This document shows positions 1-12,800 of a stretch of 64,000 bases of DNA, one piece after another. This stretch comes from Isurus oxyrinchus (lineage: Eukaryota), in NCBI GenBank assembly GCA_026770705.1, contig JANJGN010000071.1, positions 682,001 through 746,000 on the forward strand. Direction: 5' to 3'. The translations under genes and the position numbers were made by a program. The notes beneath the pieces were generated by a model. It saw only the letters and a list, made by a program, of their open reading frames with translations. It ran no database searches and was not told the DNA's origin. Positions within the stretch are counted from its first letter, which is position 1. Every line of letters starts with the position of its first letter.

Positions 1-129
1 CAATAACACAATATCACACTGTGGTTATCATATAGCAGAGAATCAGTGCAGCACAGACACAGAGCCCACTGTAACCTTACACCAACTGGGACTGTCTCTT
101 TAAATCACTTCTGCACAAAGCACAGAATC

Positions 130-590
130 TAGAAGCTTGACACCATCCAGGACAAAGCAGCCCGATTGATCGACACCCCATCCACCACATTAAACATTCA
201 CTCCCTCCACCATGAACACACAGTGGCAGCAGTGTGTGTACCATCTACAAGATGCACTGCAGCAACTCAGCAAGGCTCCTTCAACAGCACCTTCCAAACC
301 CACGACCTCTACCATCTAGAAGGACAAGGGCAGCAGACACATGGGAACACCACCACCTGGAAGTTCCCCTCCAAGTCACTCACCATCCTGACTTGGAAAT
401 ATATCATCGTTCCTTCACTGTCACTGGGTCAAAATCCTGGAACTCCCTCTCTAACAGCACTGTGGGTGTACCTACACCACATGGACTGCAGCGGGTCAAG
501 AAGGCAGCTCACCACCACCTTCTCAAGGGGCAATTAGAGATGGGCAATTTAATAACGGCCTCACCATTGACAGTCACATTCGATTAAAGA
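130..590 (+). mobile_element. Non-LTR LINE 3' fragment (CR1-group RT C-terminus)
   Basis: Frameshifted LDTIQDKAA..IHSLHH..TVAAVCTIYKMHC..HLPNPRPL. Same family at 58340-60300. Confidence 0.7.
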
Positions 591-718
591 ATTTAAAATC
601 TCACAGCTCAGGAGGAAGCCACTCAGCCCATCGTGCCTGTGCTGGCCCTTTGTAAAAACTGTCCAATTAGTCCGAAACAAATGTTTATATTAAAATCAAG
701 TTAAATCTTCAGACTTAC

Positions 719-815
719 TTTCTCACACAGATGAAGATGAAGATTCCAGCCAGGAAAACACTCAACATGATCCCAGCCGTGAACAATCCTACTGTCCATT
801 TACTGGAGTCTCTAC
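719..815 (-). CDS. Gene A transmembrane exon (GRDSSKWTVGLFTAGIMLSVFLAGIFIFICVRK)
   Basis: Acceptor ttttacag| at 816-817 and donor |gtaagt at 718. Encodes about 23 hydrophobic residues with no charged residue, followed by RK. Missed by the ORF track. Confidence 0.85.
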
Positions 816-3800
816 CTGTAAAAACAGCCATTAATTACTGCACTACAGGTTTACAATGATGCTCCGATGTATCTCGAGAAGCGATACACTCACTCAGTGT
901 TTAAATACTCATTCTCGGGCAATGCTGACATTTATTGTCCATCCCTAGTTTCCCCTTGAGAAGGTGGTGGGGGGTCTTCCTCCTGAACCACTGGTTTGTC
1001 CCAAACTGGGAGAGCAGTTCAGAGGGCAGGTAAGAGTTAACCATGATGGTGTCTGAGACTGGAGTCACATATACACCCAGACCTGTTAAAATGGACAGGT
1101 TTCCCTCCCTTAAGATAATTAGTGACCCATATTATATATGTAATTTCTATATATATGTATCAACTAACCTCCCTAAAATAATCAATTATCACCTCAATTT
1201 CATGCTGTTGTTTGTGGGATCTTGCTGTGCACAAATCAGCTGTTGCGTTTCCTACATGATGACAGTGAGCTCACTTTGAAACTGCTTCACTGGTTATCGA
1301 GAGTTTTGGGAATTCCTAAGTATTTTATCAACGCAAGTCTTATTTTTCGATTTAATCCATGTAACATTTATATATAATATTTATCAATGTGATCCCTATA
1401 GCATAAATTTATAATATTTATCAATATAATCTATGTAACATTTATATATAATTTTTATCCATTTAATCTCTGTAATATTTATATATAATGTTTCTCGATT
1501 TAATCCATGTAACATTTATATATAATATTGCCCAATGTAATATATGTAACATTTATATATATTTATCCATTTAAACTGTGAAACATTTATATATAATTTT
1601 TATCAATGTAATCTATGTAACATTTATATATAATATTTCTCGATGTAATCTATGTAATATTTATATATAATATTTAGTCGTTTGGGAGGAGAACCTGAGT
1701 ATTGCTGAGAAAGGACATTTTGTCAAAGCTTTCTGTCTTGCACCCAATGAAGCAGCTTATCTGGGGGAGAGGGTTCCAGATTTCCACTCCCCTTTGTGTG
1801 AAGAAGTGCTTCCTGACATCACCCCCTGAACGGCCTGGCTCCAATTTGACCAAGTGTTGCCATTGTCACATGAGATCAGGTGATTCAAAGCTTGGTCAAA
1901 GGGGTAAGTTCTAAAGAGCATTTTAGAGGAGGTAGAGAGAGAGGTGGAGAGGTTGAGGGAGGGAATTCTCGAGTTTAGGGATCAATCCAGCTGAGTGGAG
2001 ATCGATCCTGAGCGAGTCTCTCACCTTTGACGCACAGATACACCTTGAACATGGCTTCCCCGTGTGGGTTTTGAACCGAGCAGGATGCAATCACTCCCCC
2101 CTCATCCTGGGGTCTCATCAGGGTGAGGGAACCAGTCACCAGATGCCCATCTCTGACCTGCCACGACACAAAACCTCCGTGTGTTTGGTTACCACTGATG
2201 TTGGCACTGGGCAGGTGCCAGGTGAGGTCTCCGGGTGGGTTGGAGGTGGCCACACAGATGCAGGTGACCACCTCTGATCTCCGAGTGCACTCCGACTGCT
2301 GGGAAATCTCCGGCTTATCTGAGGAGGGAAGGACAACAATAAGACAACGTCATAGCAAAGTTAGAGCGTAAGATAGAATCTTAACACTGAAACACTCATT
2401 CCTGCCTTTGTTACCTCTGCACTCAACTATCCCAACACTCTCCTGCCCGACCTCCCATCTTCCACTCTCCGTAAACATCAGCTCATCCCAAACGCTGCTG
2501 TCCCCATGTCCTAACTCACACCGAGTCCCGTTCACATATCACTCCCTGTTGGTCACTGAGGTACACTGGCTCCCGGTCCGACAATGCCACAATTTTAAAA
2601 TTCACATCGTCTCAAATCCCTCCTTACCCCCTCCCTATCTCTGATACCTCCTTCAGACCCTTCAACCCTCCCTATCTCTGTAACCTCCTCCAGCTCCTTC
2701 AACCCTCCCTATCTCTGTAACCTCCTCCAGCCCCTACAACCCTCCCTATCTCAGTAACCTCCTCCAGCCCCTTCAACCCTCCCTATCTCTGTAAACTCCT
2801 CCAGAACCTTCAACCCTCCCTATCTCTGTAACCTCCTCCAGCCCCTTCAACCCTCCCTATCTCTGTAACCTCATCCAGCCCTTACAACCCTCCCTATCTC
2901 TGTAACCTCCTCCAGCCCCTACAACCTTCCTTATCTCTGTAACCTCATCCAGCCCCTACAACCGTCCCTATCTCTGTAACCTCCTCCAGCCCCTTCAACC
3001 TTCCTTATCTCTGTAAACTCCTCCAGCCTCTACAACCCTCCGAGATCTCTGTGCACCTCCAATTCCAGCTTCTTGACATTCCCCCGATTCCTATCGCTCC
3101 ACCATTGGCAGCCGTGCCTTCAGCTGCCTGGATCCTAACCTCTGGAATTCCCTCCCTCATTTCTCACCTCCTTCGGACAAAATCTGACCACCACCAAAAG
3201 CATCTTCCCTTCACCCCCACCCCGTTGGCATTCCACAGGGATCATTCCCTCCAGGACACCCTGGTCCACTCCTCCATCACCCCTAGCACCTCAACCCTCT
3301 CCGATGACATCTTCCCATGTATTTCCAGAAGGTGCAACACCTGCCCCTTTACTTCCTCCCCCCTCACTGTCCAATGACCCAAACACTCCTACCAGGTGAA
3401 GCAGCGCTTCATGCAGACTTCCTTCAATTTAATCTACTGCATTCGCTGCTCCCAATGTGGTCTCCTCTACATTGGAGACACCAAACACAGACTGGGCGAT
3501 CGCTCTGATGAACACCTTCGGTCTGTCCACAAGCATGACCCAGACCTCCCTGTCGCTTGCCATTTTAACACCCCACCCTGCTCTCATGCCCACATGTCCG
3601 TCCTTGGCCTGCTGCATTGTTCCAGTGAAGCCCAACACAAACTGGAGGAACAACACCTCATCTTCCGACCTGGCACTTTACAGCCTTCCCGACTGAATAT
3701 TGAGTTCAACAATTTCAGATCATGAACTCTCTCCTCGATCTTCACTGCTTTTTGAACCCTTTTTTTATGTATTCATTTTAATTGTTTTATTTGTTAACTG

Positions 3801-6800
3801 TTTTCCACTTATTTTTATTATTATTATTTGAAATTCATTTCCATTTTTATTGATTGTTTTATCCGCAGATTTTAGTCTATTTTCGATCTTTATTCCCTCC
3901 ACCGTCCCCTCCCCCTGCCACACCCTCACGAAGGCCATCTGTCTCTTTCCAGAGTGCTTACCCTGGTCCCCCATTATCACACTCTGCTTAATGTCACCAT
4001 TAGCACCTCCTTTATCCAATACCACCACTGTTAACAACCCTTTGACCTTTTGTTTATGACATTTTTCACAATCTCTCCATTGCCTCCACCTATCGCTGGT
4101 TTTCTATCCAGCTCCACCTGTCCCATCGCCCCCCCTTAGACAGGATATATTTCACCACATGTCTACTTCCCTTTAGCTCTGAAGAGGAGTCTTACGGACT
4201 CCAAACGCTAACCCTGTCTTTCTCTCCACAGATGCTGCCAGATGCTCAGAATCAGCTGGATGGACAGAAAGACCAATGAGTGGCTTAGATCAAGAGGAGA
4301 CGTTCAGCAATTAAAAGGGTTGTTCAGGACAGTTAGAGAGAGAAAGGTCGTCAAGTATGGAGATTGGAAACGAAGACCTGACAGCCTTGTCCTCACAACC
4401 ATTGAAGGAGAAACTGAGAGCAAAAACAGAAAGGGAGAGGAAAAATTGGATGTGTGGATAACGTGGACTGAGCGAGGATTGAAGAAAACTGGATTAAAAA
4501 CAACACGATCCCAATGGCTCCACGGAGACCACGGAGACAACAAACAAACAAATGTATCTCCACACTCACGTTCCACAGTGATGGTTATGAACCCCTCCAC
4601 TGCTCCATGTTCATTCTCTGCCACACACTGATAGTCACAACCTGGGCTCCCTCTGCCCTATCAGGTTGGGATAAACAATCCCAAGGGTCAATACAAGGAA
4701 GAGCTCTCCCTGCTCAATATCACTCATTAAAAAAGGACCAGTTTTGTCTTCAACCCAGTGAAGTTTGTGGGATCTTGCTCTGCACAATGTATCCTATTAC
4801 AGCTAGTATAGAATGAAGGGTGTTCATATTTACATTGCACAGTTAGTACGAGGGTCCGCTCCGATGAAACAGATGGATATCTCACTCTGCAGCTGAGAGT
4901 GTGTCCGTGGTGTTTGAGTGATGGGATCAGGGTCAGAACAGAAGTATAGGTCAGAGTGACACCATGCTGAGTTACAGTGTTTGAGACTGATCCAGGTACG
5001 TCAGTGGGAGTGTCCCAGGTTAAGACAGGTGCTGCTGTTCCATTGCACGTTGTGTTGAAGGTGCAGCTTACATCCACACGCTTTCCTGCAATAATTTCAG
5101 CAGGGAATATCGTGGGTTTATCTGTGAAATCTAACAGACAGAGAATGGATCCTTTTAGAGAAATATAACGTGAAGCATCAGTTCAAATAGAAACCACAGT
5201 CCCACAAGAGAAAGCACTTTTACAAGGATGATATCAGAACTGAGAGATTACAATGATCAGGAGAGAATTTCCTATTTTCAGACTTAGTGGAATTTCTGTC
5301 TCTCAGATGAATTCACTTCCACTTTGAGACAATTGAATTGACAATCCCAGGTGAGGGTGGGGGAGCAGCTCACAGTTCCTGACACACTGGCTTGTTACTT
5401 TCTCCGAAATCTGCCAGATTTAAATTCTATCCAGTTCCCAGCAGGAGAGAATCCATTTGAACCAATCACTGAACCGGCATTTAAAGCAGATGATCAGGTT
5501 ATTGATCACATTGCTGTTTCTGGGAGATTCCTGTGAATAAATTGGCTACTGTGTTTCCCAAATTACAACAAGGGCTACATTTCAAGAATTATTTCATTGG
5601 TTGTGAATCCATTTGCGACCTACAGAGGTGGTGAAAGGTGCTAAAGAAATGTGAATCATTCTTTTGTCGATATGTAAGACTGTCAAACAGGGTTAGGGAG
5701 ATCAGTGGGAGTGGATATCCCGAAAACATTGATGGACACAGTCAATACATTTAATCATTGATATTAAAGTGAGTATTAGAGGTTGCTTTAGGACTGAACT
5801 GGAAGCTATCACCAGGTTATTGAGAATCAGACAGTGTGTTATAATAAGCTGTGTTTTGTGTTAATATGTAAACGTCACAGTTTGTGTTATTTCCCATTGA
5901 GTGTTGAATGTGAATTGTTGAGTAATTATAACACAGCACTTACCAGAAACGTGAAGCTGGGTTACAGGGTAATAGTTATGGCCCGGACCATTGTCAAATT
6001 CTATTCTGAAAAAATAAGGTCCTGCATCTTCCCGTCTGATGCTGTTTATAATCAGGGAACAGTCGCCATCTTTCAGGTCTCCAGACAGCCGGGTCCGATG
6101 GCGGAACCGTGGTAACTCGTGACTGTGATCCTTGGAGTGAAAGGCTATGGGAGCCCAGGGAATCTGTTCCTCATTATTAAACCAGACTCCACCTCGCGGT
6201 TGGTTTTCCAGACACGATGGATAACTGTAATGACATGGAATCTGTACACACGAACCTTCCTGAGCTGTCAACTCTCGTGGAGTGTCACCTTTCCACTCTT
6301 GTGACAGTCCAACTGGGGAGAGAAATCTCAATATTTATCTCTGAATGGTTTGTGGATCCACTGAACCCGATATTTACAGATGAGGCTGAATTTGGAGGAT
6401 GGTCAATACTGAGGAGAATGGCAACAAATTATTTTGGCAGGAAGAATAGAAAAACAGAATATTATTTAACTGGAGACAGGCTGCAGAATGCAGTACAGAG
6501 GGATTTGGGTGTCCTTGTACATGAATCACAGAAAGTCAGCATTCAGGAAAACTATGGAATGAGGAAGGCAAGTGGAATGTTGGCCTTTATTGCAAAAGGA
6601 TGGAGTATAAAAGGAGGGAAGTCTTGCAACAACTGCACAGGGTGTTAGTGAGATTGTAACAGGATCATTGTGTACAGGCAGTTCAGAGAAGCTTCACTGG
6701 GCTGATTCCTGGGATTAAAGGGTTTGTCCTGTGAGGAAATGTTGAGCAGGTTGGGCCTGTATCCATTGGAGTTTAGAAGAATGAGGGGTGAGCTTATTGA

Positions 6801-9800
6801 AACATATCCGATTCCGAGGGGGCTTGACAGGGTGGATGCTGGGAGGATGTTTCCCCCTCGTGGGGGAATCTAGAACCAGGGAGCACAGTTTCGGAATGAG
6901 GGCTCCCCCATTTAAGACTGAGATGAGGAGGAATTTCCTCTCTCAGAGGGGCGCTAGCCTGTGGAATTCTCTTCCCCAGAGAGCAGTGGAGGCTGGGCCA
7001 TTGAATAGACTCAAGGCTGAGTGAGGCAGGTTTTTGATTGACAAGGGAGTCAAGGGTTTGGGGGACAGGCAGGAAAATGGAGTTAAGGCCACAACCAGAT
7101 CAGCGAGAGCAGGCTCGAGGGGCCGAATGGCCTGCTCCTGTTCCTATTTCTAATGTTCTTATGTTGTTGTGTTATGAAGAATATTAAAATAGGGATAAAA
7201 GGGATAGCGAGAGAGAGAGAGGGAGAGAGTGAGAGAGAGAGAGTGAGAGAGAGATTGACAGAGAGGGAGAGGTGGGGAGAGGTGTAGAGATAAAATTCCA
7301 GAGCTCGGGGCCCCAGGCAGCAGAAGGCCTGGCTTCCAATGGCACAACGATGGGAATCGGGGGTAGCTCAAGAGACCGGAATTAGAGGAGTGCAGAGATC
7401 TCAGAGGATTGTAGGGGCTGGAGGAGGTTACAGAGATAGGGAGGGGTGTAGGGGCTGGAGGAGGTTACAGAGATAGGGAGGGGTGTAGGGGCTGGAGGAG
7501 GTTACAGAGATAGGGAGGATTGTAGGGGCTGGAGGAGGTTACAGAGATAGGGAGGGTTGTAGGGGCTGGAGGAGGTTACAGAGATAGGGAGGATTGTAGG
7601 GGCTGGAGGAGGTTACAGAGATAGGGAGGGTTGTAGGGGCTGGAGGAGGCTCCTGAGATAGGGAGGGTTGCCATGGCTGAAGCAAGAGGTGAGGATTACT
7701 GTAATGGGGAGGAAAAATATTCAAAAATTGTGACATTGAGACTTTGCTTGACCAGGAGCCAGTCTCGGTCATCGAGCAGAGCGGGTGATAAGGGAACGGG
7801 ACTTGGTGTGAGTAAGGACGTGGTCAGCAGTTTTGGATGGCCTCAAGTTTATGGAGTGTAGAGTGTGTGTTGGAACAGTCGAGTCTGGAGGTAATGAAGG
7901 CGTGGATGAGGGTTTCAGCAGCAGATGAGCTGAGACAGGGTGAAGTCGTGCGATGTTACGGAGGTGGAAATAGACGGTGTTAGTGAGGGCGCAGATATGA
8001 GGCCAGAAGCTCATCTCAGGATCAAATGGGACAACAAAGCTGTGAACAGATTGGCTTCAATCTCAGAGAGCTGCCAGGGAGAGGAATGGAGTTGGTAGCG
8101 AGGGAACAGAGTTTGGAGTGGGGAATGAAGGCAATGGCTTCAGTCTTTCCAATATTTAATTGGAGGGAATTTCTGCCCATCCAGTACTGGATGTCGGATA
8201 AGCAGCCTGATAATTTAGTAGCAGTGGAGGAGTCGAGAGAGGTGGTGGTGAGGTAGAGCTGGGGATCCTCAGTGGACAGGTGAAAACTAATACTGTTCAG
8301 ATGATGCTGCAAAGCCATTGCAAGTGATTCTCTGGCTACGATGAGATGGATAAGAATGGAGCCAGGGGAGAGCAGTCCCACCCAGCTGGACGACAGTGGA
8401 GAGGTGTTGGAGGAGGATGGTGCGGTTGAGCGTGTCAAAGGCTGCAGACAGATCGAGAAGGACGAGGAGGGAAAGTTGACCTTTGTCACAGTCACACAGG
8501 ATGCCATTTGTGACCTTGATAAGAGCTGTTTCAGCACAGTGGCTGGGGTGGGACCCTGATTGGAGGGATTCAAACATGGAGTTCCGGGAAAGATGGGAAA
8601 GGATTTGGGAGATGGAAACACGTTCAAGGACTTTGCAGGGGAAAGAGAGGCTGGAGATGGGACAGGGGTTTACACGGACAGTGTGAGGGGTGGAAGGTGT
8701 AGTGGGGAGGAGACACTTCACTCAGGGGGGAGGTGTCATCACCCCTCAGCTCGGTTTACGTTACAGCTTTGATGTGGATTCAATCACACACAATAAGCTC
8801 ATGGATCTGGGAGCAGAAATAGACAAATCATTAAAAATAGTGACGCTGGTTAACACGGCCAAAAAACAAGCAAATCAAACACTATTATTTCCCATTGAGT
8901 GTTGGATGTGAATTGGTGAGTAATTATAACACAGCACTTACCAGAAACGTGAAGCTGGGTTACAGGATAGTAGCTGTATCTATTTCTGCTGTCAAATTCT
9001 ATTCTGAAATAATAATATCCTGCATCTTCCCGTCTGATGTTGTTTATAATCAGGGAACAGTCACCATCTTTCAGGTCTCCAGACAGCCGGGTCCGATGGT
9101 GGAACCGTGTTAACTTGCGATTGTGATTCTTGGAGTGAAAGGCTATAGACCGTTCATTCCATGTTTCCCAATTCCTTCTCATATACCAGATTCCGACTGG
9201 TGATCTCGCTACTAAATATGATGGATAACTGTAATTACATGGAATCTGTACACACGAACCTTCCTGCGCTGTCACCTCTCGTGGAGTGTTGACTTTCCAC
9301 ACTTGTGATAGTCCAACTACGGAGAGAAATATCAATATTTAACTCTGAATGTTTTCTCAATCCACTATACTCAATATCCACCCCCTCCATCACTGGGGCA
9401 CAGTGGCTGCAGTCTGGATAATCCACAGGTCACACAATGAATGCCCCAAGGTTTTACCACAGATCGAAGAGAATTCTGGACACAGGAGTGGACAAGTTCA
9501 TTCTACATTGGCTCATGGCCCTCAGGAACCTATTTAGTGAAGTCAGTCTGCCACCCAACACAGTGTCTACAAGACGCACTGATTGAAGTGAGTTCACTGC
9601 TGATTTACAATGTAGGACAATGGATTTGGAGCCTTCAGAATTCCCCCATTATCACCATCATGAATCAGTAATTGGCCTAGCTGTCCTAGATCCTCAGTGT
9701 CTAAGGCAGTGGTTCCTATTGTGATGTAAGTATAATAATTTTCATAATATTTTATAGTATATTGTGAAGTAGGTTTATGGGGGTACGCATGATGGGTCTG

Positions 9801-12800
9801 CATGTGATTTAAATACATTTGGAGTTAATTAGATTGGAAGTTTAAAATGATCAAAAGGAACTAGGTGCTTGACATGCTATTGAGGAAACATGGATGCTGC
9901 TTAGCATGGAAGGTATGAAGAGAATTTGCATTTTTATTTCAATGAAGGGGTTGTTGGATTTCAAAGGAATCTTAGCTTGTTTACAACTAGCCAGATAAGC
10001 AAGACTAAGGAATGTGCTTATTTTTCTCAAAGGCTCCTGGCAATATGGGCACCACAAAAGAATTTGTTATGAGGAAGAGACAGTTTCAAAAACATTTGGA
10101 ACAATAGAATTTTCATGTTACAAAGAGAGAAATATATATCTATCAGGGAGAATGAAAGGCTATGTGTCAGAATGCCATGTAAGATCTAACACGAGTGTGT
10201 GATATAGTCTTAATGAAACCTCAAGCATTTGTGCACAAGCCTGCTATCCAACAGAACTGAAGTTGGGGAAAAGCCACTTGGAATTCCTCTGTGCAGGGTA
10301 TTGCTATTGTATTGTGTTAACTTGCTGAGTTGTTTTAAATCTAACATCTATTTTTAGTCTGTTGCCTTAAAGGGAGTGTAACTGGGAGTCAGGTTAATTT
10401 GGAATTTTAAGAATTATTATAGTGGTAATTGTAGAGTTATGTATGTGCTTGAAAGCTTTTATTTTGAGAGCAAGAATTTTAATTTAATTTTCAAATCTCT
10501 AAAGGTCTTGGTGTAATTATTGCTTCTGAATTCAGTGCACACATCTCATAATAAATACAAATTGCAAAATCATTATGATAGTGTGACCACCTTTCTCTCA
10601 TGGACTTGGTCTGCCTGGCACACATCACCTGCCAAGTGATAACACTGTTGTAATATGCCTTTCAGGGACAGCAGCATGACATCACTCGAGGGGAAGTGTG
10701 TCATGTGATTTTAGAACTGGGGATAGCTTAAGTAAGTTCTATGTGTATTTGTGTGTGTTAGGGTTTAAGGTCTATCTTTAAGTTCAAGTTTAGTTTGATT
10801 TCTGTATTTGTGTGTTAAGAAAGGGGGAAACTTCAGTTTTGGTTTCATTTTCATTTAGCAATCTAATGGGGTTTGATGTCTCTTGAAGGAAAGTCAAAAC
10901 AAACACAAGGTGTAAGAAACTGTGCTGTTGCTAAGCAACAGTGATCCAGAGGGACGGACCCATAGAGACAGAGAAAAACAGAAATGTGCTTTCAGTTTGG
11001 TTGAAAGGAGTTGCCAGGAGAAGCAGCAAAGGAGCGGGACAGATAGTCAGTCCCAAAGTAAAGAAGAAGCCAAAACTATCGAGTGGAACAGGAGAAAGAG
11101 CCAAGAAGACCCTCTAGTCCAAAGAAGATCAGGAATCTGAAAAAGGTCCTGTTAAGTCGAGATAAGATTGAGGAGCAGAGGAGGGATCCAAGCTAAAAGA
11201 GAAAAAGCAAAAGGACACAGACCTAAAGCAAAAAAGGCTGATTAGAAGCCAGAAGATCACAGGAGACAGCCAAATGTTGATGTCTTCTTACTATGACCAT
11301 GTGAAGCCATGGTGTTCCATTGGCATGACTGAGCATTGGAAAGACAACGCGTAGAAGGAAGGCTGAATGCATGTGGCGATCCAGGGGGCAGGAACATGGG
11401 AAGGAGAGTTTGAAATCATGGAAGTGGACCCTTGTGGAAGGTCTCTGAGTGAAAGTGTCATGTTAGAGAAGATTCCAAAGAGAGCACTTGACGAGTAGAG
11501 ATTGGAAACTCTCATGTGAAAGATACAGTTTTGTAAGACCAGTTGCCTCATGGTGTAACAAGTGTCTGGAGTCAGTTGAGCTGAAACCCATAGCATTTGT
11601 TCCAATTGGGGTCTATCACTTGGTTACAGAATGTGGTGTCCCTGACACCAGGTCGTCTATTGGTTTGCATGAACTGTGTACTTAGTGTGAACATGAGAGT
11701 ATAAGATAGTTATTGTAACTTGTATTCTACTTATGAATCTGTAAATGTATAGGTCTGGGTGAAGGAGTAATGTAATATAGTTTGTCTTTCCTAGTTTAAT
11801 AAATGTTTTATTCTTTTGTTAGAAGGTCATCAGATGATTCCTGTGACTCTGTTCAGTAGCCGCACTCCACATTCCTAAATAAAAAATAAAAGTTAGGACC
11901 TATCAAGCTGAGCTCCACCCTGGGATCTGACTTGCCCAGTAGTAACATCAGCTGGGATGATAACACCATCCAGTCCAAGTTTCACTTTGGCCTGTGAGCA
12001 GAACACAGCTCACACAGTTTGGCCGCAGGTGTCTCCCAGCTTTCTATCCTTGTTCTCATGTCCCTGTTCTAAATAAATGAACCCACAATGCATTTACCCA
12101 ATTCCGTATCAGTGGCTGGTGCCTTTATATCATTATAAAAACACAACATGGTGATCAGCGGTGGCCAAACATTCTGGCAGCAAGATTTAGTACAGGTAGG
12201 ATGTGGTGAACAGCCTTAGATCGAGCTACATGACATGAGACGACCCTCGACGCTTTGGTCAGACCAGAACAGAGACACAGCATCAGAGAGGGTTGAAATC
12301 GTAGTGTACTGACTGCTCAGGAAACCTTTGAAGACACAGTGACGGGACAGAGCACAAGTAAAGAGCTGGGGAGCAGACGGATCCCTCGTGGTGAGATTAC
12401 AGCACACGGCCTGTAGGTCAGTGAGTGGGACAGTGTGTATCGCCAGGACCAGCAGCGGGTTAGCTCAGTCAGGGAAGGCGAGTGACCAGGGTGTGGGCTG
12501 GATCGATAGTGAGCGAGGGAGAGTCAAACACACAAAAACCATTATAAAAATCAGCCCAGAGAAGTTAGTGATTATAACGGGCGGCTTTGAGATTGCTGAA
12601 CAGCAAATTGAATAAAAAACAAAGACTCCTTTACTCTGTGGTGTGTTCCTGCCACAACCCGTCTCCGTGGGCGGAGCTTCGGAAAAGCGCACGAAAGGGG
12701 CTAAAGCGACACTCATCCCAGATCCTGTAGGAGAAGGAAGGTCAAAGGAATATTGTCAGAATGTCCACGAAATTCCCCAGTTTGAACTGGGATGTAGCTG

